A DNA stretch of 64,000 nucleotides from Siccibacter colletis. Its GTDB lineage: Bacteria > Pseudomonadota > Gammaproteobacteria > Enterobacterales > Enterobacteriaceae. Position 1 is the first letter of the stretch. Each line of letters starts with the position of its first letter. The notes beneath the pieces are model-generated. The model saw only the letters and a list, made by a program, of their open reading frames with translations, ran no database searches and was not told the origin of the DNA. A program made the translations under genes and the position numbers. The stretch spans positions 1 through 64,000 of the forward strand of contig NZ_JMSQ01000007.1 of NCBI RefSeq assembly GCF_000696575.1, given 5' to 3'. Of this stretch, positions 1 to 9,971 are shown piece by piece.

Positions 1-37
1 AAAGCTTATGGCCGCGAGGCGGTAAGCGAACAGAATT

Positions 38-157
38 TGCCTGGCGGCTGTAGCGCGGTGGTCCCACCTGACCCCATGCCGAACTCAGAAGTGAAACGCC
101 GTAGCGCCGATGGTAGTGTGGGGTCTCCCCATGCGAGAGTAGGGAACTGCCAGGCAT
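38..157 (+). rRNA. rrf: 5S ribosomal RNA (3' gene of an rrn operon; window starts in 23S-5S spacer)
   Basis: 120-nt sequence tgcctggcggc...gaactgccaggcat is nearly identical to enterobacterial 5S rRNA; upstream ...acagaatt matches the 23S-5S spacer. Confidence 0.95.
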
Positions 158-169
158 CAAATTAAAGAA

Positions 170-199
170 CCCTCAGCGAAAGCTGAGGGTTTTTTGCTT
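170..199 (+). terminator. rrn operon intrinsic terminator (T1-like)
   Basis: hairpin ccctcagc-gaaa-gctgaggg followed by a T-run (tttttgcttttg). Confidence 0.85.
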
Positions 200-574
200 T
201 TGTATTCCTGAAAACGTCCCGGCAGGTCATCTGCCCGTACCATCCCTGGCTGTCATCCAGGCTTCTGCCACCGCCGGCAGCTGCAGGATCAACCCTGTTG
301 GGTATCAGTCCATACCATCACAACACCGGCTGCCACCACATCCCTGCGCAGGGCCGCGCCGCCGGGCGCGGATGTGAGCGTTGCGCCACTCTGCAGGGAA
401 GCGGCACACCACCCGTAAACGACCCGGTAGCAGACTGAAACTCCCCCAGCACACGTTAACGGTTAACAGGCTTTACGCCTCCCGGAAGCCTGCCGCACCC
501 TGTACCTTGAAACTTTCTCACCTTCCGCTTGCAGACTCGACATTCAGGCCATTTCTGGTTAATGTTGGGCATCT

Positions 575-598
575 GGATGTCTAAACGTTTAAACGTAT
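575..598 (+). promoter_or_regulatory. three tandem 8-bp MetJ-box-like repeats (GGATGTCT AAACGTTT AAACGTAT) in the metA promoter region
   Basis: tandem octamers resembling the AGACGTCT met-box consensus, about 20 nt upstream of the metA start. Confidence 0.5.
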
Positions 599-616
599 GA
601 TTTGAGGAAAAAGGTT

Positions 617-1546
617 ATGCCAATAAGGGTGCCTGATGAGTTACCTGCCGTAAATTTCCTGCGTGAGGAAAATGTCTTTGTTATGACGCATTCCCGCGCC
701 AGTAATCAGGAGATCCGACCGCTTAAGGTGCTCATCCTCAATCTGATGCCAAAGAAAATCGAGACGGAAAATCAGTTCCTGCGCCTGCTGTCGAACTCCG
801 CTCTGCAGCTCGATATTCAGCTGCTGCGTATCGATAGCCGTGAATCACGTAATACGCCGGCGGAACATCTCAATAACTTCTACTGTAATTTTGAAGATAT
901 TCAGAACGACAATTTCGATGGGCTGATCGTTACCGGTGCGCCGCTTGGTCTGGTTGAATTTAATGACGTTGCTTACTGGCCGCAGATCAAACAGGTGCTG
1001 GAGTGGGCAAAAGATCACGTTACCTCCACGCTATTCGTCTGCTGGGCCGTACAGGCCGCGTTAAATATCCTTTACGGTATCCCGAAGCAGACCCGCAGCG
1101 AGAAGCTTTCCGGTGTCTATGAGCATTTCATCACCCATCCACACGCGCTGCTGACCCGTGGTTTTGATGATTCCTTCCTGGCTCCGCATTCGCGCTATGC
1201 TGATTTCCCGGCGGCGCTGATCCGCGATTACACCGATCTTGAGATTCTGGCTGAATCACAGGATGGCGACGCCTACCTGTTTGCCAGCAAAGATAAACGT
1301 ATCGCCTTTGTCACCGGGCATCCGGAATATGATGCCAATACCCTCGCTGGAGAGTATTTCCGCGACGTAGAAGCCGGCATCGATCCCTCTGTGCCGTACA
1401 ACTACTTCCCGGGCGACGATCCACAGCAGAAGCCGCGCGCAACGTGGCGCAGCCACGGTAACCTGTTGTTTACTAACTGGCTAAATTACTATGTTTACCA
1501 GATCACGCCGTTCGATCTGCGCCACATGAATCCCACGCTGGATTGA
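617..1546 (+). CDS. metA: homoserine O-succinyltransferase
   Basis: protein [23 protein letters not shown]... is collinear with E. coli MetA; ATG at 617 preceded by a GAGG RBS; the ORF-track start at 602 is a TTG artefact. Confidence 0.97.
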   Translation: MPIRVPDELPAVNFLREENVFVMTHSRASNQEIRPLKVLILNLMPKKIETENQFLRLLSNSALQLDIQLLRIDSRESRNTPAEHLNNFYCNFEDIQNDNFDGLIVTGAPLGLVEFNDVAYWPQIKQVLEWAKDHVTSTLFVCWAVQAALNILYGIPKQTRSEKLSGVYEHFITHPHALLTRGFDDSFLAPHSRYADFPAALIRDYTDLEILAESQDGDAYLFASKDKRIAFVTGHPEYDANTLAGEYFRDVEAGIDPSVPYNYFPGDDPQQKPRATWRSHGNLLFTNWLNYYVYQITPFDLRHMNPTLD

Positions 1547-1564
1547 TCCTCTCCTTACGAATCA

Positions 1565-1590
1565 GGCACCTTCGGGTGCCTTTTTTATTT
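1565..1590 (+). terminator. metA intrinsic terminator
   Basis: hairpin ggcacc-ttcg-ggtgcc followed by ttttttatttt. Confidence 0.7.
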
Positions 1591-1664
1591 TCAAAATCTC
1601 CTCTCAATGTTGTCACAACTTTAATCGTTTATTAAATAACGGTTTACCTCAATGCAATACATAA

Positions 1665-1690
1665 AATGGAAATTGTTTTTGATTTTAGAA
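1665..1690 (+). promoter_or_regulatory. IclR operator-like site in the aceB promoter region
   Basis: atggaaattgtttttgatttt matches the E. coli aceB IclR box (TGGAAAT...); the surrounding region is AT-rich. Confidence 0.5.
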
Positions 1691-1789
1691 ATAGATTAAG
1701 TAGATTTAATGGTGCTGAACGAATATTACGCAAAGGATCGTGCCCATGATTAGCCGCGTAAAACAGGATCAATCGGGAGGAGGAGCATT

Positions 1790-3388
1790 ATGTCGCAACA
1801 GGCTACAACCACTGAGTTAAGCTTCACCCAGCGTTTTGGCAAGCAGGAGCAGCAGATCCTGACGCCAGACGCTATCGCGTTTCTCACTGAACTGGTGTCA
1901 CGCTTTACGCCGCAGCGCAATACGCTTCTGGCTGCGCGCGTACACCAGCAGGCACAGATTGATGCCGGCACGCTGCCTGATTTTATTTCGGAAACCGCTT
2001 CCATAAGAGAAAGCGCATGGAAAATTCGGGGCATACCGGACGACCTGCTCGATCGCCGCGTTGAGATCACCGGTCCGGTAGAGCGCAAGATGGTGATCAA
2101 TGCGCTGAACGCGAACGTGAAAGTATTTATGGCCGACTTCGAAGACTCGCTGTCGCCGGCGTGGAGCAAACTGATCGAGGGCCAGATCAACCTGCGCGAT
2201 GCCGTGAATGGCACCATCACCTGGACCAATGAAGCCGGTAAAATCTATCAGCTCAAACCCACCCCTGCGGTGCTGGTGTGCCGCGTGCGCGGTCTGCATC
2301 TGCCGGAAAAGCACGTCACCTGGCGTGAGGAACCAATCCCGGGCAGCCTGTTCGATTTTGCGCTCTACTTTTTCCACAACCATCAGCAGCTGCTCGCCAA
2401 AGGCAGCGGCCCCTATTTTTATCTGCCGAAAACCCAGTCCTGGCAGGAGGCCGCCTGGTGGAGCGAAGTATTCAGCTTTACCGAAGATCGCTTTGGCCTG
2501 ACGCGCGGCACAATTAAAGCCACGCTGTTGATTGAAACCCTGCCAGCGGTGTTCCAGATGGACGAAATTCTGCATGCGCTGCGCGACCACATCGTCGGCC
2601 TCAACTGCGGGCGCTGGGATTACATCTTCAGCTATATCAAAACGCTGAAAAATCACGGCGATCGGGTTTTACCAGACCGTCAGGTCGTTACCATGGATAA
2701 ACCTTTCCTGAGCGCCTATTCCCGGCTGCTCATCAAAACCTGTCACCGCCGTGGGGCGTTTGCGATGGGCGGTATGGCGGCGTTCATCCCGAGCAAAGAC
2801 GCGGAGCGTAACAGCTGGGTGCTGAACAAGGTAAAAGCGGATAAATCGCTGGAAGCGCAGAACGGCCACGACGGTACCTGGATTGCGCATCCGGGGCTCG
2901 CCGACACCGCGATGGCGATATTCGACCAGGCGCTGGGCGAACATAAAAATCAGCTGCACGTCACCCGTGAAGAAGACGCCCCGATTACCGCAGCCGAATT
3001 GCTGGCACCGTGCGACGGCGAGCGCAGCGAAGAGGGGATGCGCGCCAATATCCGCGTCGCGGTGCAGTACATCGAAGCCTGGATCTCGGGCAACGGCTGC
3101 GTACCTATCTATGGCCTGATGGAGGACGCGGCCACGGCGGAAATTTCGCGTACCTCGATCTGGCAGTGGATCCATCACCACAAAACCCTGAACGACGGCA
3201 CGCCGGTCACCAACGCGCTGTTCCGCCAGTGGCTGGATGAAGAGATGATGGTGATCCGCGAAGAGCTGGGCGAGCACCGTTTCAGCAACGGTCGCTTCAG
3301 TGAAGCGGCCAGGCTGATGGAGCAGATCACCACCTCCGATACGCTGATCGACTTCCTCACCCTGCCGGGCTACCGCTGGCTGGCCTGA
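1790..3388 (+). CDS. aceB: malate synthase A
   Basis: 532 aa, collinear with E. coli AceB (…VNALNANVKVFMADFEDS…TLPGYRWLA); RBS ggagga. Confidence 0.97.
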   Translation: MSQQATTTELSFTQRFGKQEQQILTPDAIAFLTELVSRFTPQRNTLLAARVHQQAQIDAGTLPDFISETASIRESAWKIRGIPDDLLDRRVEITGPVERKMVINALNANVKVFMADFEDSLSPAWSKLIEGQINLRDAVNGTITWTNEAGKIYQLKPTPAVLVCRVRGLHLPEKHVTWREEPIPGSLFDFALYFFHNHQQLLAKGSGPYFYLPKTQSWQEAAWWSEVFSFTEDRFGLTRGTIKATLLIETLPAVFQMDEILHALRDHIVGLNCGRWDYIFSYIKTLKNHGDRVLPDRQVVTMDKPFLSAYSRLLIKTCHRRGAFAMGGMAAFIPSKDAERNSWVLNKVKADKSLEAQNGHDGTWIAHPGLADTAMAIFDQALGEHKNQLHVTREEDAPITAAELLAPCDGERSEEGMRANIRVAVQYIEAWISGNGCVPIYGLMEDAATAEISRTSIWQWIHHHKTLNDGTPVTNALFRQWLDEEMMVIREELGEHRFSNGRFSEAARLMEQITTSDTLIDFLTLPGYRWLA

Positions 3389-3498
3389 ATTACCCGGTAA
3401 AGACGCCCGCGGTCAGAGTGAAAACTGATGTCGTCTGCGGTCTGACGGTTTGCATCCTTAACGCCTGACACAGGCACGATAAGAACGGAGCATCTGCC

Positions 3499-4806
3499 AT
3501 GACACTTTCACGTACCCAACAAATCGAACAGCTGGAACATGAATGGAAGCAGGCGCGCTGGCAGGGGATTGTTCGTCCCTACAGCGCAGAAGAGGTGATA
3601 AAGCTGCGCGGCTCGGTCAATCCGGCCTGCACTCTGGCCCAGCGTGGCGCGGAGAAACTCTGGCGCTTGCTGAACGGCGAGTCGAAGAAGGGCTATATCA
3701 ATAGCCTGGGCGCGCTCACCGGCGGGCAGGCGCTGCAGCAGGCGAAGGCGGGGATTGAAGCCATCTATCTCTCCGGCTGGCAGGTGGCCGCAGACGCTAA
3801 CCTCGCCGCCAGCATGTATCCGGATCAGTCGCTCTATCCGGCGAACTCAGTGCCTGCGGTGGTCGATCGGATCAACAACACTTTCCGACGGGCGGATCAG
3901 ATCCAGTGGGCGTCCGGGATCGAGCCGGGCGATCGGGGCTATACCGATTATTTTCTGCCGATCGTCGCCGATGCCGAAGCCGGATTCGGCGGTGTGCTTA
4001 ACGCGTTCGAGCTGATGAAATCGATGATCGAAGCCGGGGCGGCGGGGGTCCACTTTGAGGATCAGCTGGCCTCGGTGAAAAAGTGCGGCCATATGGGCGG
4101 CAAAGTGCTGGTGCCTACCCAGGAAGCGATCCAGAAGCTGGTCGCCGCCCGGCTGGCAGCCGACGTGATGGGCGTACCGACGCTGCTGATTGCCCGCACC
4201 GACGCCGATGCTGCGGATCTCATTACTTCCGATTGCGACGACTACGACCGCGAATTTATTGTCGGCGAGCGTACCTCTGAAGGCTTCTATCGTACTCATG
4301 CCGGCATTGAGCAGGCCATCAGCCGCGGACTGGCTTACGCGCCCTATGCCGACCTGGTGTGGTGCGAAACTTCCACCCCGGACCTCGACCAGGCGCGCCG
4401 TTTTGCCGAGGCTATTCATGCCCGCTTCCCCGGTAAACTGCTGGCCTACAACTGTTCGCCGTCGTTCAACTGGAAGAAAAAGCTCGACGACGACACCATC
4501 GCGCGTTTCCAGGATGCGCTGTCGGCGATGGGTTACAAGTACCAGTTCATTACCCTCGCCGGTATTCACAGCATGTGGTTCAACATGTTCGACCTGGCGC
4601 ACGCCTACGCGCAGGGCGAGGGCATGAAGCACTATGTGGAGAAAGTGCAGCAGCCTGAATTTGCCGCCGGGAAGGATGGCTACACCTTCGTGTCGCACCA
4701 GCAGGAGGTGGGGACGGGCTACTTTGACCATGTCACCACCATCATTCAGGGCGGCGCATCGTCGGTGACTGCGCTCACCGGTTCGACCGAAGAGCAGCAG
4801 TTCTAG
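3499..4806 (+). CDS. aceA: isocitrate lyase
   Basis: 435 aa, collinear with E. coli AceA (…[17 protein letters not shown]…). Confidence 0.97.
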   Translation: MTLSRTQQIEQLEHEWKQARWQGIVRPYSAEEVIKLRGSVNPACTLAQRGAEKLWRLLNGESKKGYINSLGALTGGQALQQAKAGIEAIYLSGWQVAADANLAASMYPDQSLYPANSVPAVVDRINNTFRRADQIQWASGIEPGDRGYTDYFLPIVADAEAGFGGVLNAFELMKSMIEAGAAGVHFEDQLASVKKCGHMGGKVLVPTQEAIQKLVAARLAADVMGVPTLLIARTDADAADLITSDCDDYDREFIVGERTSEGFYRTHAGIEQAISRGLAYAPYADLVWCETSTPDLDQARRFAEAIHARFPGKLLAYNCSPSFNWKKKLDDDTIARFQDALSAMGYKYQFITLAGIHSMWFNMFDLAHAYAQGEGMKHYVEKVQQPEFAAGKDGYTFVSHQQEVGTGYFDHVTTIIQGGASSVTALTGSTEEQQF

Positions 4807-4813
4807 CGGCGCG

Positions 4814-4850
4814 CACGGCGGGCAAGCGTCAGCGTTACCCGCCGTGTTTT
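4814..4850 (+). terminator. REP-like hairpin with U-tract between aceA and aceK (intra-operon attenuator)
   Basis: cacggcgggcaa-gcgtcagcg-ttacccgccgtg (12-bp stem, one mismatch) followed by tttt; the E. coli aceA-aceK spacer also carries REP hairpins that lower aceK expression. Confidence 0.55.
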
Positions 4851-4894
4851 CGGTTATCTCTCGGTTGCATCACCTTTCCCTCAGGAGCCTGCCT

Positions 4895-6637
4895 GTGACA
4901 CGCGGACTGGAACTGTTGATTGCGCAGACCATACTGCAGGGCTTCGACGCCCAGTATGGCCGTTTTCTCGAAGTGACTGCCGGGGCGCAGCAGCGCTTCG
5001 AACAGGCGGACTGGCACGCTGTGCAGCAGGCGATGAAAAGCCGCATCCATCTCTACGATCACCACGTAGGTCTGGTGGTGGAGCAGGTCAGGTGCATCAT
5101 GGCAGGCAAACGCACCGACGCCACTTTTTTACTGCGGGTAAAAGCGCAGTACACCGATCTGCTGCCGGGCTATCCGCGTTTTGAAATTGCCGAAAGCTTT
5201 TTTAACTCTGTCTACTGTCGGCTGTTCGATCACCGCGCGCTCTCCCCCGAGCGCCTGTTTATTTTCAGCTCGCAGTCCCCGCAGCGCTTTCGCAATCCGC
5301 CGCGTCCGTTGAGCAAAACCTTTCAACCGGACCGGGGTTGGGAGAAGCTGCTTACTACCTTACTGCGGGATCTGCCGCTGCGCCTGCCGTGGCAGGATCT
5401 GGCGCGCGACGTGGGCTACATTACCGCGCACCTGGCGGAGAGCCTCGGCCCGGAGATGATGCGTAAGGCCTCGCTGGAGATGGTAAACGAGCTGTTCTGG
5501 CGCAACAAAGCCGCCTGGCTGGTGGCGAAGCTGATCCTGCCGGGCGGTACGCTACCGTTTCTGCTGCCGATCCACCGAAGCGATGACGGCACGCTGTTTA
5601 TCGATACCTGCCTCACGCGCCACGCCGAGGCGAGCATCGTTTTTGGTTTCGCGCGCAGCTATTTCATGGTGTACGCCCCGCTGCCGGGCGCGCTGGTGGA
5701 GTGGCTGCGGGAAATCCTTCCGGGGAAAACCACGGCGGAACTCTATATGGCAATTGGCTGCCAGAAACACGGCAAAACCGAAAGCTATCGCGAATATCTG
5801 CACTACATCACCGCCACCGATGAGCAGTTTGTCGAAGCGCCCGGCATTCGCGGCATGGTGATGCTGGTGTTCACGCTGCCCGGCTTTGACCGGGTATTTA
5901 AGGTGATCAAAGACCGCTTCGCACCGCAAAAAGAGATGAGCGCGGCCCACGTCCGGGCCTGCTATCAGCTGGTAAAGGAGCACGACCGCGTTGGCCGTAT
6001 GGCGGACACCCAGGAGTTTGAAAATTTCGTGCTGGAGAAGCGGCACATCAGCCCGTCGCTGATGGCGTTGTTGCAGGCTGAAGTGGCGGAGAAGATCACC
6101 GATCTGGGAGATCGCATCAGCCTCAGCCATCTCTATATTGAACGCCGCATGGTGCCGTTGAATATCTGGTTTGAACAGGTCAGCGGCGCTCAGCTACGCA
6201 ACGCGGTGGAGGAGTACGGAAATGCCATCCGTCAGCTGGCGGCGGCCAATATCTTTCCCGGCGATATGCTGTTTAAAAACTTCGGCGTCACGCGCCACGG
6301 CCGGGTGGTGTTCTACGACTACGATGAGATCTGCTACATGACGGAAGTGAACTTCCGCGATATTCCGCCCGCGCGCTACCCGGAAGACGAACTGAGCGCC
6401 GAGCCCTGGTACAGCGTGGCGCCCGGCGATGTGTTTCCTGAGGAGTTCCGCCACTGGCTGTGTGCCGATCCACGTATCGGGCCGCTGTTTGAAGAGATGC
6501 ACGCCGACCTGTTCCGCGCCGCCTGGTGGCGCGAGCTGCAGGCGCGCATTCGCAGCGGCCACGTGGAGGACGTCTATGCGTACCGTAGACGCCAGCGGTT
6601 CAGCGTGCGCTACGGTCAGCGCCGGCAGGCGGGGTAG
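4895..6637 (+). CDS. aceK: isocitrate dehydrogenase kinase/phosphatase
   Basis: collinear with E. coli AceK from (M)[16 protein letters not shown]; GTG at 4895 is 7 nt after aggag and in frame with the longer track ORF (4844). Confidence 0.93.
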   Translation: MTRGLELLIAQTILQGFDAQYGRFLEVTAGAQQRFEQADWHAVQQAMKSRIHLYDHHVGLVVEQVRCIMAGKRTDATFLLRVKAQYTDLLPGYPRFEIAESFFNSVYCRLFDHRALSPERLFIFSSQSPQRFRNPPRPLSKTFQPDRGWEKLLTTLLRDLPLRLPWQDLARDVGYITAHLAESLGPEMMRKASLEMVNELFWRNKAAWLVAKLILPGGTLPFLLPIHRSDDGTLFIDTCLTRHAEASIVFGFARSYFMVYAPLPGALVEWLREILPGKTTAELYMAIGCQKHGKTESYREYLHYITATDEQFVEAPGIRGMVMLVFTLPGFDRVFKVIKDRFAPQKEMSAAHVRACYQLVKEHDRVGRMADTQEFENFVLEKRHISPSLMALLQAEVAEKITDLGDRISLSHLYIERRMVPLNIWFEQVSGAQLRNAVEEYGNAIRQLAAANIFPGDMLFKNFGVTRHGRVVFYDYDEICYMTEVNFRDIPPARYPEDELSAEPWYSVAPGDVFPEEFRHWLCADPRIGPLFEEMHADLFRAAWWRELQARIRSGHVEDVYAYRRRQRFSVRYGQRRQAG

Positions 6638-6639
6638 CC

Positions 6640-7578
6640 TCAGGTAAAGTAGTAGCGAACGACGTGGAAAAAGACCGGCGCGGCAAAGCACAGGGAATCA
6701 ATACGATCCATCATGCCGCCGTGGCCTTCCAGCATCGCGCCAAAATCTTTTACGCCGCGATCGCGTTTGATGGCAGACATGCACAGCCCGCCGGCAAAGC
6801 CCAGCAGCGTAATCAGCAGCGAGATAAAGAACGCCTGGAGCGGGTTAAAGGGCGTGATCCACCACAGCCCGGCGCCTACCAGGCTGGCAGTGAAAATGCC
6901 GCCGATGAACCCCTCTACCGTCTTGTTCGGGCTGAGCTTTGGCACGATGGCGCGCTTACCCCACAGCTTGCCGAACACATACTGCAGCACGTCGGAGATC
7001 TGCACCACAATCATCATGAACAGAATGAGTTTGATGTTCTGGCCTGCGTAACCGGGGATGTCGAGCATCAGCAGGGCGGGCGCATGACTGACGCAGTAGA
7101 TCGCCATCATCAGGCTCCACTGGATTTTGGCGCTGCGTTCCAGGAAATGCTGTGTATCGCCCGCCAGCGCGACGCGTACCGGGATAAACAGGAACGCGTA
7201 CACCGGAATGAAGATCACGAATACCCCGTACCAGTCGAAACCGACGAGGAAATACTGCACCGGCAGAATGGCGAAGAAGCACCAGAACAGCGCCTCGTGG
7301 TCCCCGCGCCGGGTCGGCATCAGGGTTATGCACTCCCGCAGCGCGAAAAACGACATCAGGGCAAACAGCACCACGGAACCTATAGGGCCGATCAGCATGG
7401 CGATGACCGACACGGTACACATCAGCCACCAGGCGCGGATGCGGGCGTTGAGGTTGGCGATAGTGGCGTTCTTGTAGCGGCGCGACAGGGCGAAACCAAT
7501 GATGCTCGCCACGGCTAACACGCCAAACAGGCCCATCAGCAGCAGACTGAGAGCGGGATCCATATTAATCATTCGCAA
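6640..7578 (-). CDS. CdsA-family phosphatidate cytidylyltransferase paralog (YnbB-like)
   Basis: 312-aa polytopic membrane protein carrying the CdsA signature (…KTVEGFIGGIFTASL…RDRGVKDFGAMLEGHGGMMDRIDS…); start overlaps the upstream gene's stop (alternative Met codons at 7572 and 7563). Confidence 0.8.
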   Translation of the reverse strand: MRMINMDPALSLLLMGLFGVLAVASIIGFALSRRYKNATIANLNARIRAWWLMCTVSVIAMLIGPIGSVVLFALMSFFALRECITLMPTRRGDHEALFWCFFAILPVQYFLVGFDWYGVFVIFIPVYAFLFIPVRVALAGDTQHFLERSAKIQWSLMMAIYCVSHAPALLMLDIPGYAGQNIKLILFMMIVVQISDVLQYVFGKLWGKRAIVPKLSPNKTVEGFIGGIFTASLVGAGLWWITPFNPLQAFFISLLITLLGFAGGLCMSAIKRDRGVKDFGAMLEGHGGMMDRIDSLCFAAPVFFHVVRYYFT

Positions 7579-8227
7579 GCGCCCCCAGCGCCGTTTTTGC
7601 CCGTGCTAAAAAGTCCTGTTTTGATTCATCCCCGGCAGGCGCGTCAATCGGCGCGCCAAAAGTGGCGGTACAGATAATCGGCACCACCAGACGCGAGCCT
7701 TTCGGCAGCACCCGGTTCATATTTTCCAGCCACACAGGGACCAGCTGCGCCTCCGGCATACGGCGTGCCAGGTGGTACAGCCCGCTTTTGAACGTGGCTA
7801 CCCCATTCCCGTCACCGCGAGTACCTTCCGGGAAGATGATCAGCGACTCGCCTTTCTCCAGCGCGTCTGCCAGCGAGGCCAGCGGATCGCGCGGCGCGGC
7901 AGACTCGCTCGCTTCCGGCGTATCTGCGGCCTGGCGACGGCGTTCAACCAGCACGGCATTAAACACGCGCGAAGCGAGGTAGCGGCGCAGCGGCGTTTTT
8001 TGCCAGTAGTCTGCCGCCGCCACCGGATGAACCTGGTTACGCAGCGCGCGCGGCAAGCTGGCCCAGATCACCAGCCCGTCCAGATGGCTGCTGTGGTTGG
8101 CGTAGTAGATAGTGGGGCGGTCTTTTTGCGGCACCTGATGCCAGAACGACTTTACGCCAGTCAACAGGCGGCACAGGGTGACCAGAAAGGATTGCACAAG
8201 GGTTTTATCCAGCGAGAAACGGCTCAT
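7565..8227 (-). CDS. PlsC-family 1-acyl-glycerol-3-phosphate (lysophospholipid) acyltransferase
   Basis: acyltransferase motifs NHSSHLD (HX4D) and FPEGTR; start ATG at 8227-8225 forms an ATGA overlap with the upstream gene's stop; the longer track ORF (to 8341) lacks homology in its N-terminal extension. Confidence 0.8.
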   Translation of the reverse strand: MSRFSLDKTLVQSFLVTLCRLLTGVKSFWHQVPQKDRPTIYYANHSSHLDGLVIWASLPRALRNQVHPVAAADYWQKTPLRRYLASRVFNAVLVERRRQAADTPEASESAAPRDPLASLADALEKGESLIIFPEGTRGDGNGVATFKSGLYHLARRMPEAQLVPVWLENMNRVLPKGSRLVVPIICTATFGAPIDAPAGDESKQDFLARAKTALGALAND

Positions 8228-8886
8228 CCGGCTTCTCCCTGACGCAAGCGGGCTAACACATCCCGGGTGCGGAGCAGCGCGGTCAGCGCAGAGCCTGCGG
8301 CAATAATGGCGAGCGTTGCCAGCAGGATCGGCTCGCCCCACTGCGGCACAACGGCAGCAAGTACCGCGGCCCCGGTCAACAGCGCCATACGGTGCTGCTT
8401 CGCCATCGGGCCGGTGAAACGCTGCGCCAGCCCGCAGGTGCCGCCCAGCAGGCGAACATAGGCGGTAAAGATAGCAAAGAACGCGGCGGCCCAGGCCAGC
8501 TCCACGCCATACGCAACCTGCGTCAGGCCATAGCCCGCGCCGAGAAACAGCAGCGTATCGGAGAGGCGGTCGGGCAGCTCGTTAAATACGGCACCCGCCG
8601 GGCTGCGCATGCCGCCTTCCACGGCGACCATGCCGTCGAGCAGATTGCAGATCAGGCGCCCCTGAATGCCCACCGCCGCGACCAGCAGCGCGCCGCGTTG
8701 CAGCAGGCTGTTGTCGAGATGCCAGACGCAGAGAAAACAGAGTGCAGAAAGTGCAGCGCAGACGATGCTGAAGAGAGAGATGCCGTTCGGCGTGCATCCC
8801 TTATGCCGTAAAAACGCAGCGGCAGACACCGCCCACTGCGCATCGCGCGTCTTTACCGGACGGCGATCGTGAATATCCTTTTCCAT
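8224..8886 (-). CDS. CDP-alcohol phosphatidyltransferase family protein (YnbA/PgsA-like)
   Basis: D-G-x2-A-R...G...D...D signature (NLLDGMVAVEGGMRSPAGAVFNELPDRLSDTL) and multiple TM segments. Confidence 0.8.
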   Translation of the reverse strand: MEKDIHDRRPVKTRDAQWAVSAAAFLRHKGCTPNGISLFSIVCAALSALCFLCVWHLDNSLLQRGALLVAAVGIQGRLICNLLDGMVAVEGGMRSPAGAVFNELPDRLSDTLLFLGAGYGLTQVAYGVELAWAAAFFAIFTAYVRLLGGTCGLAQRFTGPMAKQHRMALLTGAAVLAAVVPQWGEPILLATLAIIAAGSALTALLRTRDVLARLRQGEAG

Positions 8887-8943
8887 TTAAGTCATTAACC
8901 AGGTTGGTAAAATTTGGGCACCCAGTATAAAACCAATCAGGAA

Positions 8944-9780
8944 TTAACGCACTCCACCATATTTTAGTGTGACCTCTTTCGCCGCTTTGATTACCAGCGC
9001 CCCCAGCTCGGTCACGCGATCGTCGGTAATGCGTGAAATCGGGCCGGAGATGGAGATGGCGGCAAACGGCTCGTGATGTTCGTCGTAGATGCAGGCCGCC
9101 ACGCAGCGCAGGCCGAGGGCGTGCTCCTCGTCATCAAACGAATAGCCGCGTTTGCGGGTCTGGGCGAGATCGTCTTTCAGGTGCAGCGGGGAAACCAGCG
9201 TCGCCGGGGTATAAGCGTGCAGCCCTTTACGGTGCAGCAGACCGGTGACCTGCTCCTCGCTGAGCTGCGACAGAAAGGCTTTTCCCGCCCCGGAAGCATG
9301 CATGGGCAGCTTGCCGCCGATTGGCGCGGACATGCGCATCAGCTGGGTGCACTGCACCTGGTCAATGATAATCGCCTGATGATCGTTCTGGTCGAGCACC
9401 GCCAGGTTTACCGTCTCCCCTGACTCTTCCATCAGCTTACGCAGCACCGGGTGGACAATCGCCAGCAGATTGCGGCTCTGCAGGAAGCTGCTGCCAATGA
9501 TGAACGCGTGCGCGCCGATGGACCAGTGGCCGAGATCGCCAACCTGATGCACAAAGCCGAGCTGTTGCATGGTGGTGAGCAGGCGGTGCGTGGTGGAGTT
9601 CGGCAGGCCAGCCTGCTGCGCCAGCTCGGTCAGGGCGACGCTGCCCTGGGATTCCGCGATCCACTCCAGCAGCTTCAGGCCACGGGTCAGAGACTGTACC
9701 TGCCCGGTAGCGGGCGCTGGCGCGGCAGCGACGGCAGTGCGGGGTTTTTTACCGCGTTTGGCGGGGACGGGCGCGACCAT
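8944..9780 (-). CDS. iclR: glyoxylate-bypass transcriptional repressor IclR
   Basis: 278 aa, about 90% identical to E. coli IclR by eye (MVAP.PAKRG…GLPNSTTHRLLTTMQQ…). Confidence 0.97.
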   Translation of the reverse strand: MVAPVPAKRGKKPRTAVAAAPAPATGQVQSLTRGLKLLEWIAESQGSVALTELAQQAGLPNSTTHRLLTTMQQLGFVHQVGDLGHWSIGAHAFIIGSSFLQSRNLLAIVHPVLRKLMEESGETVNLAVLDQNDHQAIIIDQVQCTQLMRMSAPIGGKLPMHASGAGKAFLSQLSEEQVTGLLHRKGLHAYTPATLVSPLHLKDDLAQTRKRGYSFDDEEHALGLRCVAACIYDEHHEPFAAISISGPISRITDDRVTELGALVIKAAKEVTLKYGGVR

Positions 9781-9971
9781 AACGGACTCCTTTTCTGTAT
9801 CGTGGAAATCATTTTCGTTTCATCTGGCGATAATGCAACCGGCGTCTGACTGATCGGATGAGTCAATTATGAACATGTCTCATGTTACTGCAGTGTGACT
9901 TTTCCACCCTGGTGCTTTATGCCAGTATGGTTCGCTGGCCTGTTGGCCTGACTATAACGCCGGGAGTGAAT

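Noticed and set aside
381-584. 67-aa ORF upstream of metA
   Set aside because: It is an Arg/Lys-rich peptide with no RBS, and it overlaps the MetJ-box promoter region.
602-616. TTG start for metA proposed by the ORF track
   Set aside because: The ATG at 617 has a proper GAGG RBS and matches the E. coli MetA N-terminus MPIRV.
6664-7518. 284-aa plus-strand ORF antisense to the CdsA-like gene (His/Arg/Gln-rich)
   Set aside because: Its composition is typical of antisense read-through in high-GC coding DNA. It has no RBS, and the minus-strand gene has clear family motifs.
9882-9971. N-terminal extension of metH (track start 9882) and of aceK (4844)
   Set aside because: Homology begins at the GTG at 9972 (MSSTVEQ) for metH and the GTG at 4895 (MTRGLELL) for aceK, and both have RBSs. 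The extensions are unsupported.
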